The notes under the pieces were generated by a model. The model saw nothing but the letters and a program-made list of their open reading frames with translations. It was not told the origin of the DNA and did not search any database. From the NCBI GenBank assembly GCA_963829055.1, contig CAWHHI010000016.1:704001-768000 (forward strand): a stretch of DNA of 64,000 bases. Reading direction: 5' to 3'. The stretch comes from an uncultured Gemmatimonadaceae bacterium. Its GTDB lineage: Bacteria; Gemmatimonadota; Gemmatimonadetes; Gemmatimonadales; Gemmatimonadaceae. A program made the position numbers and the translations under genes. This document shows, one piece after another, positions 31,493 through 43,371 of this stretch (position 1 is its first letter; every line of letters starts with the position of its first letter).

Positions 31493-32708
31493 TTACGTCG
31501 GTATCCCGAACCCGTCGACGTTCACGTTCTTCCCGTTCTTGTCTTTCGCACCAACCAACTTTCCGCCCTTGTACCTGTAACGAAGAACGTCTCCCTGGTT
31601 CGGCGGGGGCGTGAGCACCAGACTGACCCGGTCGTCCGGCGACGGGCGCTCGCAGCAGTTGTTGTGGCGCGGCGTCGCGCCGCGGCCCCAGGAGTCGTCG
31701 CCGGCGTACGTCGGCGCCTGCTTGGGCAGGTCCCAGCGGGGGATTCGCGCGTAGTCGACCTCGGTGAAGTAGTCGCCGAAGTTTGGACCCGTCGCGTCGC
31801 CGTCCGCGTCGGGCGTGACCTTGGTCCGCAGCTTCGTGACGGCCGCTGCCCACTCCTGGAGCGCCGCGTCGTTGCCGGTCCCGTTCCGGTCCACCGCGGC
31901 CGGGTGGTCGAGCTTGAACACGGGCACCGCGTTGGCCGCTGCGTTCGACGCCGCCCAGAGGTCGTACGCCTGGTGCGCCGGCCCGCCGAACGCGACGATC
32001 GCCTGCAGGGCGCCGCCGGCCAACAGCCGGTCGTACAGACCGTGGCGGGCAGCGCGGATGGCCGCGTTGTTCTTCATGACCTGCAGCCCTTTCGTTTTCT
32101 TGCTCGGGTGCAGCGCGACGGCGAAGACGTTGACGAGCACGTATGACCGCGTTAGGCCGAGCTTCGCGAGGAAGCCCTGCGTCTTCTGCCCGGAGTCGCC
32201 GACCAGCGTGCGGCGCATGAACGGCAGGCATTCGGTCGGGCCGGGGTCCGAGGCGATGCACAGCACGCGCGCGGTCCCGTCCAGGCGCCCGCGGTAGAGG
32301 ACCGGGCCCGAAGTCATACCAGAAGGTCGTCGCGTCGCCGACCTCGGCGCGGTAGTCGGGGGTGGAGTCCATGAACGCCTTCATCGCGCCGGTCGGGCCG
32401 GGGTCCGACTGCGCCATCTCCGCCGGCGGGATCGGGCGCAGCACGGACCGCTTCAGCTCCAAGGTATCGCCGTCGACCGTGCCCGTGAGGAGACCCCGCT
32501 TCACGATCGTGAGTTCGACGACGGACCCGCCCCCGGTTCCCCGAAAGGTCTTCGCCGCCGGGTCACCCTTGAGGTTCCACCGCTGGCCCGCCAGTGACAG
32601 CGTCCCCTTTGTGGCGTTCTTCATCCGGAGCGTCGCCTCCCCGACGACCGCTCCCGCGCGCGTCGCTTCGAAGTACCCTGTGGCGCCGATCGTGACTGGG
32701 GCCGCCAT
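31493..32708 (-). CDS. uracil-DNA glycosylase superfamily protein with N-terminal beta-rich domain, frameshift near 32310
   Basis: GGGAGG RBS; motif-1-like RVLCIASDPG..E, LVG.SG, YVLVN, IVAFG..A, motif-2-like HPA. Confidence 0.75.
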
Positions 32709-32835
32709 GTCCGCCTCCCGTGTTGTTACGTCCCGCGTTGAATCGTTAGGCGTCGCCGCTGCAGGGCGGTGCCGCCGGAGAACTCGACCACCTCGACGAC
32801 GCTGCGCCGCTTGCCCGCCCTGCCCTGCTTGGTGG

Positions 32836-34377
32836 TCATGCGTAGAACCCCGCGAGTCCGTCGAGCAGCGTCCCGTGGAAGCCCCGCCCCTTGATCGCCT
32901 TGAAGAACGCGGCGTCGTGCACGAGCGAGGGCAGCGGCGGGATCACGATCTCCGCCGCGCGGTCGACGATATCGCCGGCGGGACCGAACCCGCCGGCGGG
33001 CATGTCGAGCACCAGCTCGAGCGGCGCGTCCGCCGCATCCAGCGGGCCCGCGAACGCCCGACGCCGCCGGTCCGCATGTGTAAGGGCTGCGACGGGGTCC
33101 TTGCGGACGGCATCGAGCCGGCCCTTGATGTCCTTCCACGACCACGCGTCGGCCGGCGCCTTCGGGTCGGCGATCGCGAACCGCCGCGGGATGCCCCGCA
33201 CGGTGACCGCGCTGGACTTCGTGAGCGCGGCTTGCGTCATCAACTTCGGCGTCGCCGTACCGCGGGATGCCACCGTACACCACCAGCATGACTTCGCGCT
33301 CCGTCGACTCGACGATCTGCGTCCACACGCTCTTGGTCCCGCTCGCGCGGAACACGGCGACGTCGCCTAACGCGCCCGGTTCGAGGCGGCCGACCGTCGT
33401 GCCCCAGCACCGCGAGAGGGCGTCACCCGGGTTGGTCGTCACCATCGAGACGAGTTCACGATCGGTCAGCCCGAGACCGAGCTTCTGGCTCGCAAGCCTC
33501 GCGACCTTGAGCTCCCCTTGTACGTTCTTTGTGCCGGACGGGCCCCAGTCGGACCCGATGCAGACCGACACGCCCTGCTCGCGCGCGGCCTCGATGTCCG
33601 TCGTCGTGCCGTAGAGCCAGAAGTTGGAGAAGGGCGACCAGACGACCGCGCCCGCCTTGGTCTTGTCCCAGCGCTGCCAGTCCGCCGCGGTGACCGCGTT
33701 GCAGTGGATGCCGATGAACGTTTTCTCCAGGCAGCCGGCGTTCGACGCATCAATGAACTCGCGGGCGACCAGCGAACCCGGCTGCCCCTCGGCGCAGTGG
33801 TAGATGAACCCGGCGCCCTGTTTCTGCGCCTGGGCGATCTTGCCTAGCTCGAGCGCGTCCAGGGTTAGCGTCGAGGTGCGAATGCGATTGCGGTCCGTAC
33901 CGCCGGCTGTCTCGTCGTCGACGTTACGGAGCGCCTGCACGAACTTCCGGTTGGCACTCGGCCAGCCTTGGATCGAGGTCGTCCCACCGACCAGGGCGCG
34001 GAGTTGCACGTAGGCGAGGACCGCTTCGGGCGCCGCCTGCACCAATGCGCGGGACGGGCCAGCTGATCGACGACTGATACGTCGGGGAGCTCGTCCAACT
34101 GTTGTGGTGGGCGAAGGCGATCTTCTGCTTCGGTTCCGCCCAGAGTGGCAGGGCGTTGTAGCCGATGTGGTTGTGCAGGTCGATCAGGCCCGGGACGCAC
34201 GAACGCGTTTCCGACGTCGAGGACCGGCGCGGCTGCGAACCCGCTCGGCGCCGGATCGGCGCCCTTCGTCACGCGGTCGATGCTCCCGTCGTCGGCGATG
34301 AACACCCGGCCTTGGAATACAGCGTCGGGATCGGAGCGGTCAAACGCGACTACGCGACCGGATATGACCAGCGCCAT
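32836..34377 (-). CDS. metal-dependent amidohydrolase (nucleobase/nucleoside deaminase type), about 3 frameshifts
   Basis: GGAGGT RBS; PGLIDLHNH, GGTTS, HCAEG, IHC, WSPFSN, GSDWGPSG, T.NP, GRLEPG..GD across frames. Confidence 0.85.
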
Positions 34378-34812
34378 GGCACCTCCGAGTGTTTGTATTA
34401 TCGCCCCGCCGGAGCGATCGACGCGCCCATTCGGTCTGGCCAACGGGCTTCTTGGACAGGAAGTCGGCCGCCAACCCCTTCTCTCCTCATCAGGACGTGT
34501 CGAATGCGAACAATCTGGCGCGGTTCGACGTTCAAGTCATCTAATCGCGGAGCGCAATTCGTAGCGCGCTACCAGCGCTGATACGACCGAGGCGCTCCTG
34601 TTGGCTTTATTCGCGGCGGACTAACGAGCTCCAACACCGGTCGCTCGTCGCTTTCGGCCGCGATGAGTCGGAATACCCATGTCGCGACACGGCGGGAAAA
34701 CCCAGTGGCGCGTCCGTCAAACCTAGCGAGAACGTTCTCACCAACGGACTCGAAGTGGCGGCGTACTGTAAGCAGCAGTACGCGTGCGTCCATTTTTCGG
34801 AGATCACCGACA

Positions 34813-36792
34813 ATGCGTACCTCTGCACTCGTCGTCATTCTCGCCATTGCGCCGGGGCAACCGACGAGCCGCACCGCGGCATCCGGTGCAGAGTGTCGCC
34901 ATCTGCCGGCGGCTCCGTCTGCTCGAGCAGTTGCCAACGATAACCGGTCTGCTGCTGGTACGGTCCGCGACGGTGTGCTCACGGTCAGACTCGTCGCGCA
35001 CAACGTCGCATGGCGTCCTGACGGAGCGAATGGTTGTGCGCTGACAGTCAACGCCTTCTCTGAGGAAGGGCGACAGACGCAGATCCCGGGGCCGCTCGTT
35101 CGAGTGCGCGCGGGAACCGAAGTGCGCGTGAGCGTCCGCAACGCACTGACGAAGAGCCTCTGGGTTCGGGGACTCCAGGACCGCGCCCCCGGCGTACTGG
35201 ACTCCACCGAGATCGCTCCCGGAACAAGTCACGACTTCCGCTTCATCGCGAACACGCCAGGAGCTCGGTCCTACTGGGCGGGTCGCATCGATGCGGGCTT
35301 TCCCGTCTCCGACGCGGACGGACAACTCGTCGGAGCATTGGTGGTCGATCCACCGAACGAGGCGGGCAGCAAACCGGTGCGTGACCGCGTCATGGTACTC
35401 ACGCGATGGACCCCGGGCGGCACGCCGGAGAACCGGGGCTTCCAGGTGAATGCGTTCAACGGACGCTCATGGCCAAATACGGAGCGCCTGACCTACACGG
35501 CCGGCGACTCCGTGTTCTGGCACGTGATCAACGGGTCGGACGTTAGACACGAGATGCATTTGCACGGCTTCTACTTTCGAACCGATGCGGCCGGATTCGT
35601 CATGGAGGACGCGGGCCCGCCGCGCCTCAGCACGGGCGGAATGCGGGTGACCACCGCGTTAGGCCCAGGCATGTGGACGTCCATCGCCTGGTCGCCGGAT
35701 CGACCGGGGAACTGGCTCTTCCACTGCCACCTGCTGACGCACATGAGCGGCGCCCAGCGGCTCAATCGAATGCCCGGGGCGAGCGCCGCGAGCGCGGCTC
35801 ATGATCACGCGCCAGGCGCCGCCGCCAATCACGCGCTCGACGACATGGGCGGACTCGTGCTCAGTCTCGAGGTGCGTCCGTCTCGCGCGGCGACCGTGGC
35901 GGCGAGCGGGAACCCTGCTGCACCGCCACCGCGCCGGTCCATCGATATTTTCGCCGGCAAACGGGCCCGCACGTTCGGCGAGGCTCCGGGATATGGTTTC
36001 GTCGCGCAGGAAGGGTCCGAACCGCCCGCCCTCGATTCGATCCGGATCCCCGGTTCGCCGCTCATCCTGACGCGGGGAGAGCCGGTCCGCATCACAGTGC
36101 ACAACCGCCTAACGACTCCGCTCAGCGTGCATTGGCACGGGATCGAGCTGGACAGCTACTTCGACGGCGTCGGCGATTTCAGCGGCGCCGGGAAACGAAT
36201 TGCCCCGATGATCGCTCCCAACGACTCGTTCGTCGTGCGTTTCACGCCGCCGCGCGCCGGGACGTTCATGTATCACACGCACGGCGAGAGCGGCGAGGAA
36301 TTGGCCTCGGGTCTCTACGCGCCGTTGATCGTGCTCGAACCCGGCGCGACGTTCGACGCGCGAACGGACCGCGTCTTCATGTTGGCCGACGGCGGTCCCG
36401 GCGAGGGAAAGCCGATCTTCGTCAACGGCACCAGCACGCCCGACAGCACGCAGATGGTGGTCGGAACCACGTATCGCCTTCGCTTCATGGCCATCTCAGC
36501 CAACGAGGCGTTCGTGAGCGCGATGATCGGCCCCAGCGGCCCGGTGTCGTGGAAGCCGCTCGCGGTCGACGGCTACGAGGCGTCGTCGATTGCCCAATCG
36601 ACCGCCAGGCCGGCGCGGTACATCGCCGGCCCGGGCAAGACGACCGATGTCGCGTTCACCCCCGCGACACCCGGCGACTATGCGTTAGTGGTCGGGCAGA
36701 GCGTCGGCGGCGGTACCGCCACGAAAGGCCCCACGACGACGGTTCCGATTCGGGTCCGCGCTAACGCATCGGCTGCTCCAGGCTCGCGTTGA
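34813..36792 (+). CDS. exported multicopper oxidase
   Basis: signal-like N-terminus, IPGPL.R, HEMHLHG, WLFHCHLLTH, VHWHG, MYHTH. Confidence 0.88.
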   Translation: MRTSALVVILAIAPGQPTSRTAASGAECRHLPAAPSARAVANDNRSAAGTVRDGVLTVRLVAHNVAWRPDGANGCALTVNAFSEEGRQTQIPGPLVRVRAGTEVRVSVRNALTKSLWVRGLQDRAPGVLDSTEIAPGTSHDFRFIANTPGARSYWAGRIDAGFPVSDADGQLVGALVVDPPNEAGSKPVRDRVMVLTRWTPGGTPENRGFQVNAFNGRSWPNTERLTYTAGDSVFWHVINGSDVRHEMHLHGFYFRTDAAGFVMEDAGPPRLSTGGMRVTTALGPGMWTSIAWSPDRPGNWLFHCHLLTHMSGAQRLNRMPGASAASAAHDHAPGAAANHALDDMGGLVLSLEVRPSRAATVAASGNPAAPPPRRSIDIFAGKRARTFGEAPGYGFVAQEGSEPPALDSIRIPGSPLILTRGEPVRITVHNRLTTPLSVHWHGIELDSYFDGVGDFSGAGKRIAPMIAPNDSFVVRFTPPRAGTFMYHTHGESGEELASGLYAPLIVLEPGATFDARTDRVFMLADGGPGEGKPIFVNGTSTPDSTQMVVGTTYRLRFMAISANEAFVSAMIGPSGPVSWKPLAVDGYEASSIAQSTARPARYIAGPGKTTDVAFTPATPGDYALVVGQSVGGGTATKGPTTTVPIRVRANASAAPGSR

Positions 36793-37040
36793 CTGACGAA
36801 CGAGACGCTACAACTGTGCTTGGTGGAACAGCACGTAACGAGTGCGTTAGGCGCCTCGCATCGGCGTTTACGCCCTGAGTTACAGCCGCGTTGTGCATCG
36901 TCTGCGACGGAGACACGCGATGGCGGCTTGTGGCCACTGACGTCGAAACAGCTTGCGATCGTGGCAACCGCTTCGTTGAGGTTCATCTATGATTGGGCGC
37001 TCCCTCTCCTCACGCGACGTCACACCTTGAAGGGGTCATC

Positions 37041-37515
37041 ATGGGCATCAATACCGGACGCGTCATCGTCGGTGGCCTAATCGCGGGCGCCATCAGACTC
37101 GTAGGTGATGGTGTAACAACCGCGTTAATCTTCGCCCCCGTCTACGGGGCCGAGATGGCCAGGGTGAGTCCCGGCGCCGCCCGCCCCATCGGCGATGATC
37201 GGCGTCGTTACAATCAACCTCCTCTTGGGAATTGCGCTGGTGTTCGTGTACGCGGCCATGCGACCACGCTTCGGTCCCGGCGCCGGAACCGCGGTCAGGG
37301 CAGGCCTGACGCTGTGGTCCGTCGCGGCACTGGTCTGGGGCGTCACGGTCACGATGGGCATTTTCTCGTTGGGTTTTTGGATCGCGAGATCCATAGGATC
37401 GCTCGTGACGGTGCTGCTGGCGGCCTACGTCGGCGCGATGCTCTATAAGGAAGCAGAGGACGCACCGCGGGCGGCACCGTCAAGGGAGCGGCCCGCGGCG
37501 GCGCCCACGCTCTAA
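37041..37515 (+). CDS. hypothetical 4-TM membrane protein, frameshift near 37190
   Basis: MGINTGRVIVGGLIAG continues in another frame as YAAMRPRFGPG..TA..AG. Confidence 0.7.
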
Positions 37516-37641
37516 CGACAAACGAGCAGGATCGGAGCGGGGACGCAGGCCCGGGCGCGCGCCTGTGAACGAATGGACCATTGTCCACAACGTGGCACGC
37601 GGGAACGACGAACGCATGGGCGCCGTTCGGTTCTCTCTACC

Positions 37642-37710
37642 GGTGTGATCGAGCGCATAGCGTTTGCGTGATCTGCGTTTTTGCGCCCGGAGTTAACACC
37701 GGAGTCAACG
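37642..37710. repeat. about 68-bp direct repeat (copy 1), contains tandem CCGGAGTYAAC
   Basis: near-identical to 43973-44040. Confidence 0.9.
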
Positions 37711-37752
37711 CTCTGCTGACCCCGCGATCAACCTGAGGCGGCGCAGAGAGCG

Positions 37753-37887
37753 GGGGTGGGGCTCGCCATCAACCGTCGCATCGCCCGACTCCTGGGCGGC
37801 GACGTGACCGTCCAGAGCGAGGTCGGCCGGGGCTCGAGCTTCACTCTCCGGGTGCCGCGGTCCGGCCCGCAAGAACCGGCGCCCTGA
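37753..37887 (+). pseudogene. C-terminal HATPase fragment
   Basis: [35 protein letters not shown] then stop; no upstream kinase body. Confidence 0.7.
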
Positions 37888-37912
37888 GCGTTCCGGCCTA
37901 ACGTCCGACGCA

Positions 37913-39050
37913 TCACACTGGCAGCTCGAACCAGAACGTACTGCCTGCGACTCACGCGGGAATCGACCCCGATGGTCCCGCCATGGGCTTCGATGGCCAG
38001 CTTGCAGAAGGCAAGCCCCAGCCCCGCGGAGTGGTAGCTCCTCGCCCATTGAGTCTCGACCGACTCGAACTTCTCGAAGATTCTCTCTCGGGCTTCCGCG
38101 GGCACTCCGGGACCCTCGTCGTGCACGGCGACACGAACACGGTCGTCCCCGCCGGCAATGGAGATACGCAGACGGCTGCCCGACGGCGTGTGCCCGATAC
38201 CGTTGGCGACGAGGTTCTCCACCACCCGCCGGACCAGAGCGCCATCACAGTTCACGGCCACCACCCCCGGGCTTTCGATGTCGATGTGCCGGTCGCGGTC
38301 CAGCGTTCCCAGCGCCGAACGCACGTCGCAGGCCATCTGCGTCAGGTCCCACACCGCGCGCTGGAGCGGCATCTTGTCGTCTTCGAGCCGGCTCACGTCG
38401 AGCAGGTTGTTGGCCATCCGGTTGAGCGCTTCCGCCGACTGGATCGCATCCTCCAGCGTCTCGCGGCTCTCGTCGTTGAGAGCGGATCCCGGCCGCTTCA
38501 GGACGCGGAGGTTGACGAGCAGCGCCAGGAGCGGCGACCTCATGTCGTGCACGACCATGTGCACGAGATTGTCGCGCAGCTGTTCGAGGCTGTGCAGACG
38601 CCGGTAGCTGCCCGCCAGCGCGACCCGCGCCTGCCTGAGGGTGACGTGCGTCTTCACTCGCGCCAGCACTTCCTCGAGCTGAAACGGCTTGGTCACGTAG
38701 TCGACGCCACCGGCGTCGAACGCCCGCACCTTGTCCGCGGTGTCGGTCAACGCCGTCAGGAAGATCACCGGCACGTCCTTCGAGCGATCGCGTGCCTTGA
38801 GGCGTCGGCACACCTCGTAGCCGTCCATCTCCGGCATGTTGATGTCCAGCAGGATGACATCGGGCGGGTCGCGCTCCACCGCCTCGAGCGCCTGCGGGCC
38901 GTTGGTCACGGCCCGCACGTCGTAACCCTCCTCACTCAGCATGTTCGACAGCAGCCGCAAGTTCTCGATCGTGTCGTCGACCACCAGCACGCACGCTGGA
39001 GAAGCCGCTTCCTGATTCAGCGCGGTGTCTGCCGAGGTCTCATGCGTCAT
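37913..39050 (-). CDS. REC-histidine kinase hybrid, frameshift near 37950
   Basis: [44 protein letters not shown]; shifted end [10 protein letters not shown]. Confidence 0.88.
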
Positions 39051-42000
39051 CGCGCGTTCTCGATGGCAGCGCCGACACCAGTGTGCCATACTCGAAGTTT
39101 CGGGCCAGCAGTCGAATCTCGGCCGAGACGGCTTCTGAATGTTCCTCCGCCTGATCGGCGAGCGCTTCGAGCCGCTTGGCGCGGCCCTCGAGCGCTGCAT
39201 CCCGCAACTGATCTATCAGCGCCGATGGCAGGCTGCTGAACTGCTGCAATAGCGTCGTTCGTCCGACGGGTTTGCGGTGCGCGACCGACGAGTCGCCACC
39301 CGTCGATGCATACACGTAACGCACGCCGAGACGCTCACCAATGAGCGAGAGCAGCTCGCTCGCGCGGTACGGTTTCCGCACGAACGCATCGACACCGGCT
39401 TCGCGCGCCTCGCCTTCGGTGTCGGCCAGACCGCTCGCCGTGACGGCGATGATCGTGGCCTTCGACCGACTCTCTCGTAACCGCCGCACGGCTTCGAGTC
39501 CGCTCATGCCGGGCATGCGCACATCCATGAGCACGAGATCGGGCTGCCACTCGTGGTGCATAACGATGGCTTCCTCGCCGCTCGCTGCCATGCGTGTGGT
39601 GAAGCCTATCCGCGACAACAGCTCGTCGAGTAGATCGCGGTTGGTCGCCACGTCGTCCACGATGAGCACTTTCCAGGCGGGTTCATCCTGGGCGAGCCCC
39701 ACCGGTAGCGGACTCACGACGGGTGACGAGACCGCGCTGACCGACGTGGTGGCCGCCTCGAACCGGAATGTGAACACGCTGCCTTTCCCGGGCGTGCTCT
39801 CCACGACGACGTCTCCGTCCATCAGGCGCGCGTAGTTCCTGCTGATGGCGAGCCCCAGCCCGGTGCCGCCCTTGCCGACCCTCGGACTCCGCCTGATGAA
39901 ACGCGTCGAAGACTCTGACGAGGTCCTTCTCGCTCGATGCCCGGCCCGGTGTCCTCGACGGTGATGACGACGGCGTGCCGGTCCACTCCCGCCGGGCGAG
40001 AAGAGGCGTGAACGGCGACTCGCCCGCGCTCGGTGAACTTGACGGCGTTGCTCAACAGGTTGATCACGACCTGTCGGACCTTCCCCTCGTCGCCCAGGAG
40101 CACACGCGGCAGCTCGGCATCCTGCTCGAACGTGAGCTCGAGTCCCTTGTTCTCCGTCAGCTCGCGGAACATCCACTTCACGTCGTTCAGCAGCGCGTGC
40201 AAGGCAAATGGTTCGACCGCCAGCCTCGCACGACCCGCCTCGATCTTCGACATCTCCAGAATGTCGTTGATCAACGTCAGCAGATGATCGCCGCTGGAGT
40301 GGATGATGTCGATCTTCCGCTTCTGATCGTCGCCAAGCGCCTCGTCGTGCCGAAGCAGTTGTGCATAGCCGAGGATGGCGTTCATCGGCGTGCGGATTTC
40401 GTGGGACATGTTGGCGAGGAAGGCGCTCTTCGCCTGACTGGCGCCTTCTGCGACCTCCTTGGCGGTGCGAAGCTCCGTCGTGCGGCTGGTGCACGAGCTC
40501 CTCCACTCGCACCTCCAGCTCGCGGACGAGCTGTTCGCGTTCGCGCTCGGCGCTGATCAGATCCGTCACATCGCGGTTGATACCGACCATACGAATGGGC
40601 CGGCCCTCCGTACTGCGGATGGTCTGCGCCACGCCGCGAATGATGCGGATGGCACCGTCCCGTCGCCGCACCCTGAAATCGGACATGTACTCGCGGTCGC
40701 CGCGAAGCGCGGCCTCGACGTCAGCGGTGGCGCGCGCGACGTCTTCCGGCAAAAGGCACCGTGACCACGCGTCGAGAGCGCCGCTGAACTCGTCCGCGCG
40801 AACACCATAGAGCCGGTACATGGAGTCGTCCCACACGAGGCGGTCCTGCTCCACGTCCCAGTCCCAGATTCCGAGACCAGCCGCGTCGACGGCGAGCTGC
40901 AGGCGATCTTCGCTCTCGCGCAGACGACCTTCGCTTTCCTTCAGCTCGCGCTCGCGACTCTTCCGTGTCTCGACCTCTCCGACCAGATCGTCGAACGACG
41001 TCTTGAGCCTGCCGGCCATGTCGTTGAACGATTGCGCGAGCGCACCCAGCTCGCCCAGCTTGCTGCCCGGCACCCGCGCGCTCAGGTCTCCGCGAGCCAT
41101 GGCCTGGCTAGCGCGCGCCACGCGCCGGAGCGGCGCGGTCACCGTCGACGCCAGCGCGGCGGCCAGGACGAGGGAGAGCACCAGCGCCACCGCGAACACC
41201 ATCGCGGAACGACTGCTCGCCATCCGCAGGCCCGCCATATAGAACGCTTGAGGCGTGGCCGTGACCAGAATCCAGTGACGGCCGGCGCTGTCGTCGCGAT
41301 ACGTCGTTGCGTAGGTCAGCCACGTGTCCCGCGAGGGCGGCTTCGCCGTCACGTGGTCGAAGCGGAACTCCCTCGCGACTGTGGACATGCTCCGGACACC
41401 CTGCCGGCTCAGGCCCGCGATCGCACTCGCCACCACTGGGTCGTCGTACGGAAGCCGACGAAGCGACAACCGCACCCGCGCTGTCGAGGATGAACGCGCG
41501 ACCATCGGTGCCGGCAGCCTGGCTTCGGAGCAACGCGACGAACGTGTCTTTGTGTCGGGCGTCCATCGGCAGCGGCGATTGCGCGAGGTAATCATCCAGC
41601 CGCATGCGAAGATTCGCCGACAACTGCTCATGGAGCTTCGTGGCCAACCTCTCCGCATCATCGTCCGCGCTCCGCAGGGCGACAGTCGCGGTGCCGCCAA
41701 CCATCAGGAGCACCAGCGCGATGAACGGCGTGAAGATGAAGATCCGGATCGGCAGGCCTTCCGTGCACCGGGACCGGGTCACCTCGGGCCTCCCCGCGAC
41801 CCGACTTCCCAGATCCATTCGCTGCTTCCAATCGCGCGTTCTCTGACGTGTCCGGGGATCTCAGCCCAGAACCATCCGAACCGCCTCGCCACGGGCAGCG
41901 CGACCAGAAACGCAGCCGGGGCGAGGAGCCACGTCACGATCAACGTGAAGGCCAGCGCTGACGAGATGTTCCGGTAGGAAATAGCGGACGTGAATTGGGC

Positions 42001-42570
42001 CGAGCAGATGAACCCCCACATCACCGGGTCGAACAGCATGATCAACGCGACGAACACGGCGTAGCGCCGCCACGTTTGCATGCGGCGGAAATCCGGGTTT
42101 CGACCGATGAGCTGATAGGCCATCCACACGAAGGCCGTCCAAAAGAAATAGCCCTCCGCCCAACTGAGGACGAAGCCTGGCGGCACTCCCTCGATCAGAT
42201 CCGAGAGCATGTACGCCGGCGGGACGGCGATCAGCGCGGGATAACCGAAGAGCACGATGCACAGCAGGACGACCAGGTCTTTCAGGGACTCGAATGTCTG
42301 TGCACCCGGCACCAGCACGATGGACGATCCGACGTAGCCGCTTGCGCTGACAGGACGAACGTCAGAGGCATAGCCAGGAACGCCTTCGTGTCCCACCGCT
42401 GCTGCTTCCGGCCGAACTTGCCACCGCTCGCCGATTCGGAAGGTGAAGCCGCCGTACGCACAGACCGCCAACACCAGGCCGGCGAGATAACTGAATCGAC
42501 CCCACACCTCCAGCAGCGGGAGTGGGATGGCGGCGACGATCGCCTCGAGCCAGTTGATGACAGCGGTCAT
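39040..42570 (-). CDS. large multi-TM-HAMP-PAS-HisKA-HATPase-REC hybrid sensor kinase, several frameshifts
   Basis: polytopic N-terminus (41779-42570), [65 protein letters not shown]. Confidence 0.82.
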
Positions 42571-42940
42571 GACCGATTACCTCGGCGACCGTTGCTCGAT
42601 CGCCGGAACCTTCGGTCAGTATTCACGATTCAAACGCTCACCACAATTCCCGAATCTGGCGGGACCCGACTCGGCCGAAAGGGCCGACTCGTACGGGGTC
42701 GGAGGGCCACACCGTGGCGCAGCCGACAGCCACGCAGCCCAGCAGTCCCCGTGCCGGCGGCGAGCGTACGGGGAATGCGTTAGGAGGCGCGCACGGGAGT
42801 GGGCGGCGTGCCCGCCTAACGTCTGACTGCTGGGACTGCCTCAAGGTCGCGCGGTCCTGACGACTTTCATATTGGACCAAGGTCGGACAATGCGTCCCGA
42901 GCACATTGCCGACCTCTGTTCGGCGTTCATCCCTCCCCGC

Positions 42941-43130
42941 CGCCCAAGGGATTCGTCAGGACGTTGTACATTCGCGATGGGCTCTCGACGAACGGACAGC
43001 AGGAACGGACAGCACGGCCGATTTGCCGGGAAAACAACGCCCCGCCTAACGTCGGAACGTCAAACGGGGCATACGCGATGGGGCGAGATTCGAACTCGCG
43101 GTAGCTTTCAGTACACACGCTCTCCAGGCG
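42941..43130. repeat. about 190-bp direct repeat of 44135-44323, including tRNA-Ser(GGA) from the anticodon arm to the 3' end (att-like)
   Basis: aligned by eye; only a few substitutions and indels. Confidence 0.9.
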
Positions 43131-43371
43131 GCGCCGGTGAAGCGGGACTTCGGGCGCGGCCGTTGCCGTCGATCCAGTCGTAGAGCTGCTGGATGGAGCC
43201 GCTCAACAGCGTGCCGCCGGCGTAACCCACCATGGTGGCGTCAGGGAGGAAGCCGGGGCGCATGAGTGAACTCTTGCCCGCCCGTCCACCGTCGATGTAG
43301 TACCTCAACGTCGCGACGATGGCGTCGTACTCCGTCGCGTAGGCGGCCGGTGTCTGGATGGCGTGCGGCAT
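43131..43371 (-). pseudogene. NTF2-like (lumazine-binding type) protein truncated by the att-like repeat
   Basis: GGAGG RBS; EYDAI...L..YIDG...G....M...F..DATM.GY.G..L..G.I..LY.WID; C-terminal part missing. Confidence 0.7.

Noticed and set aside
30480..37887. Kinase 5' fragment (ending 31280) and HATPase tail (37753) as halves of one split gene
   Set aside because: The HEVNQPL-type H-box and the hybrid-type tail look like different subfamilies, and the N/G1 boxes are missing between them.
31284..43130. Additional functional tRNA genes at 31355-31398 and 43075-43130
   Set aside because: Both lack the 5' acceptor strand and the D arm; they are fragments.
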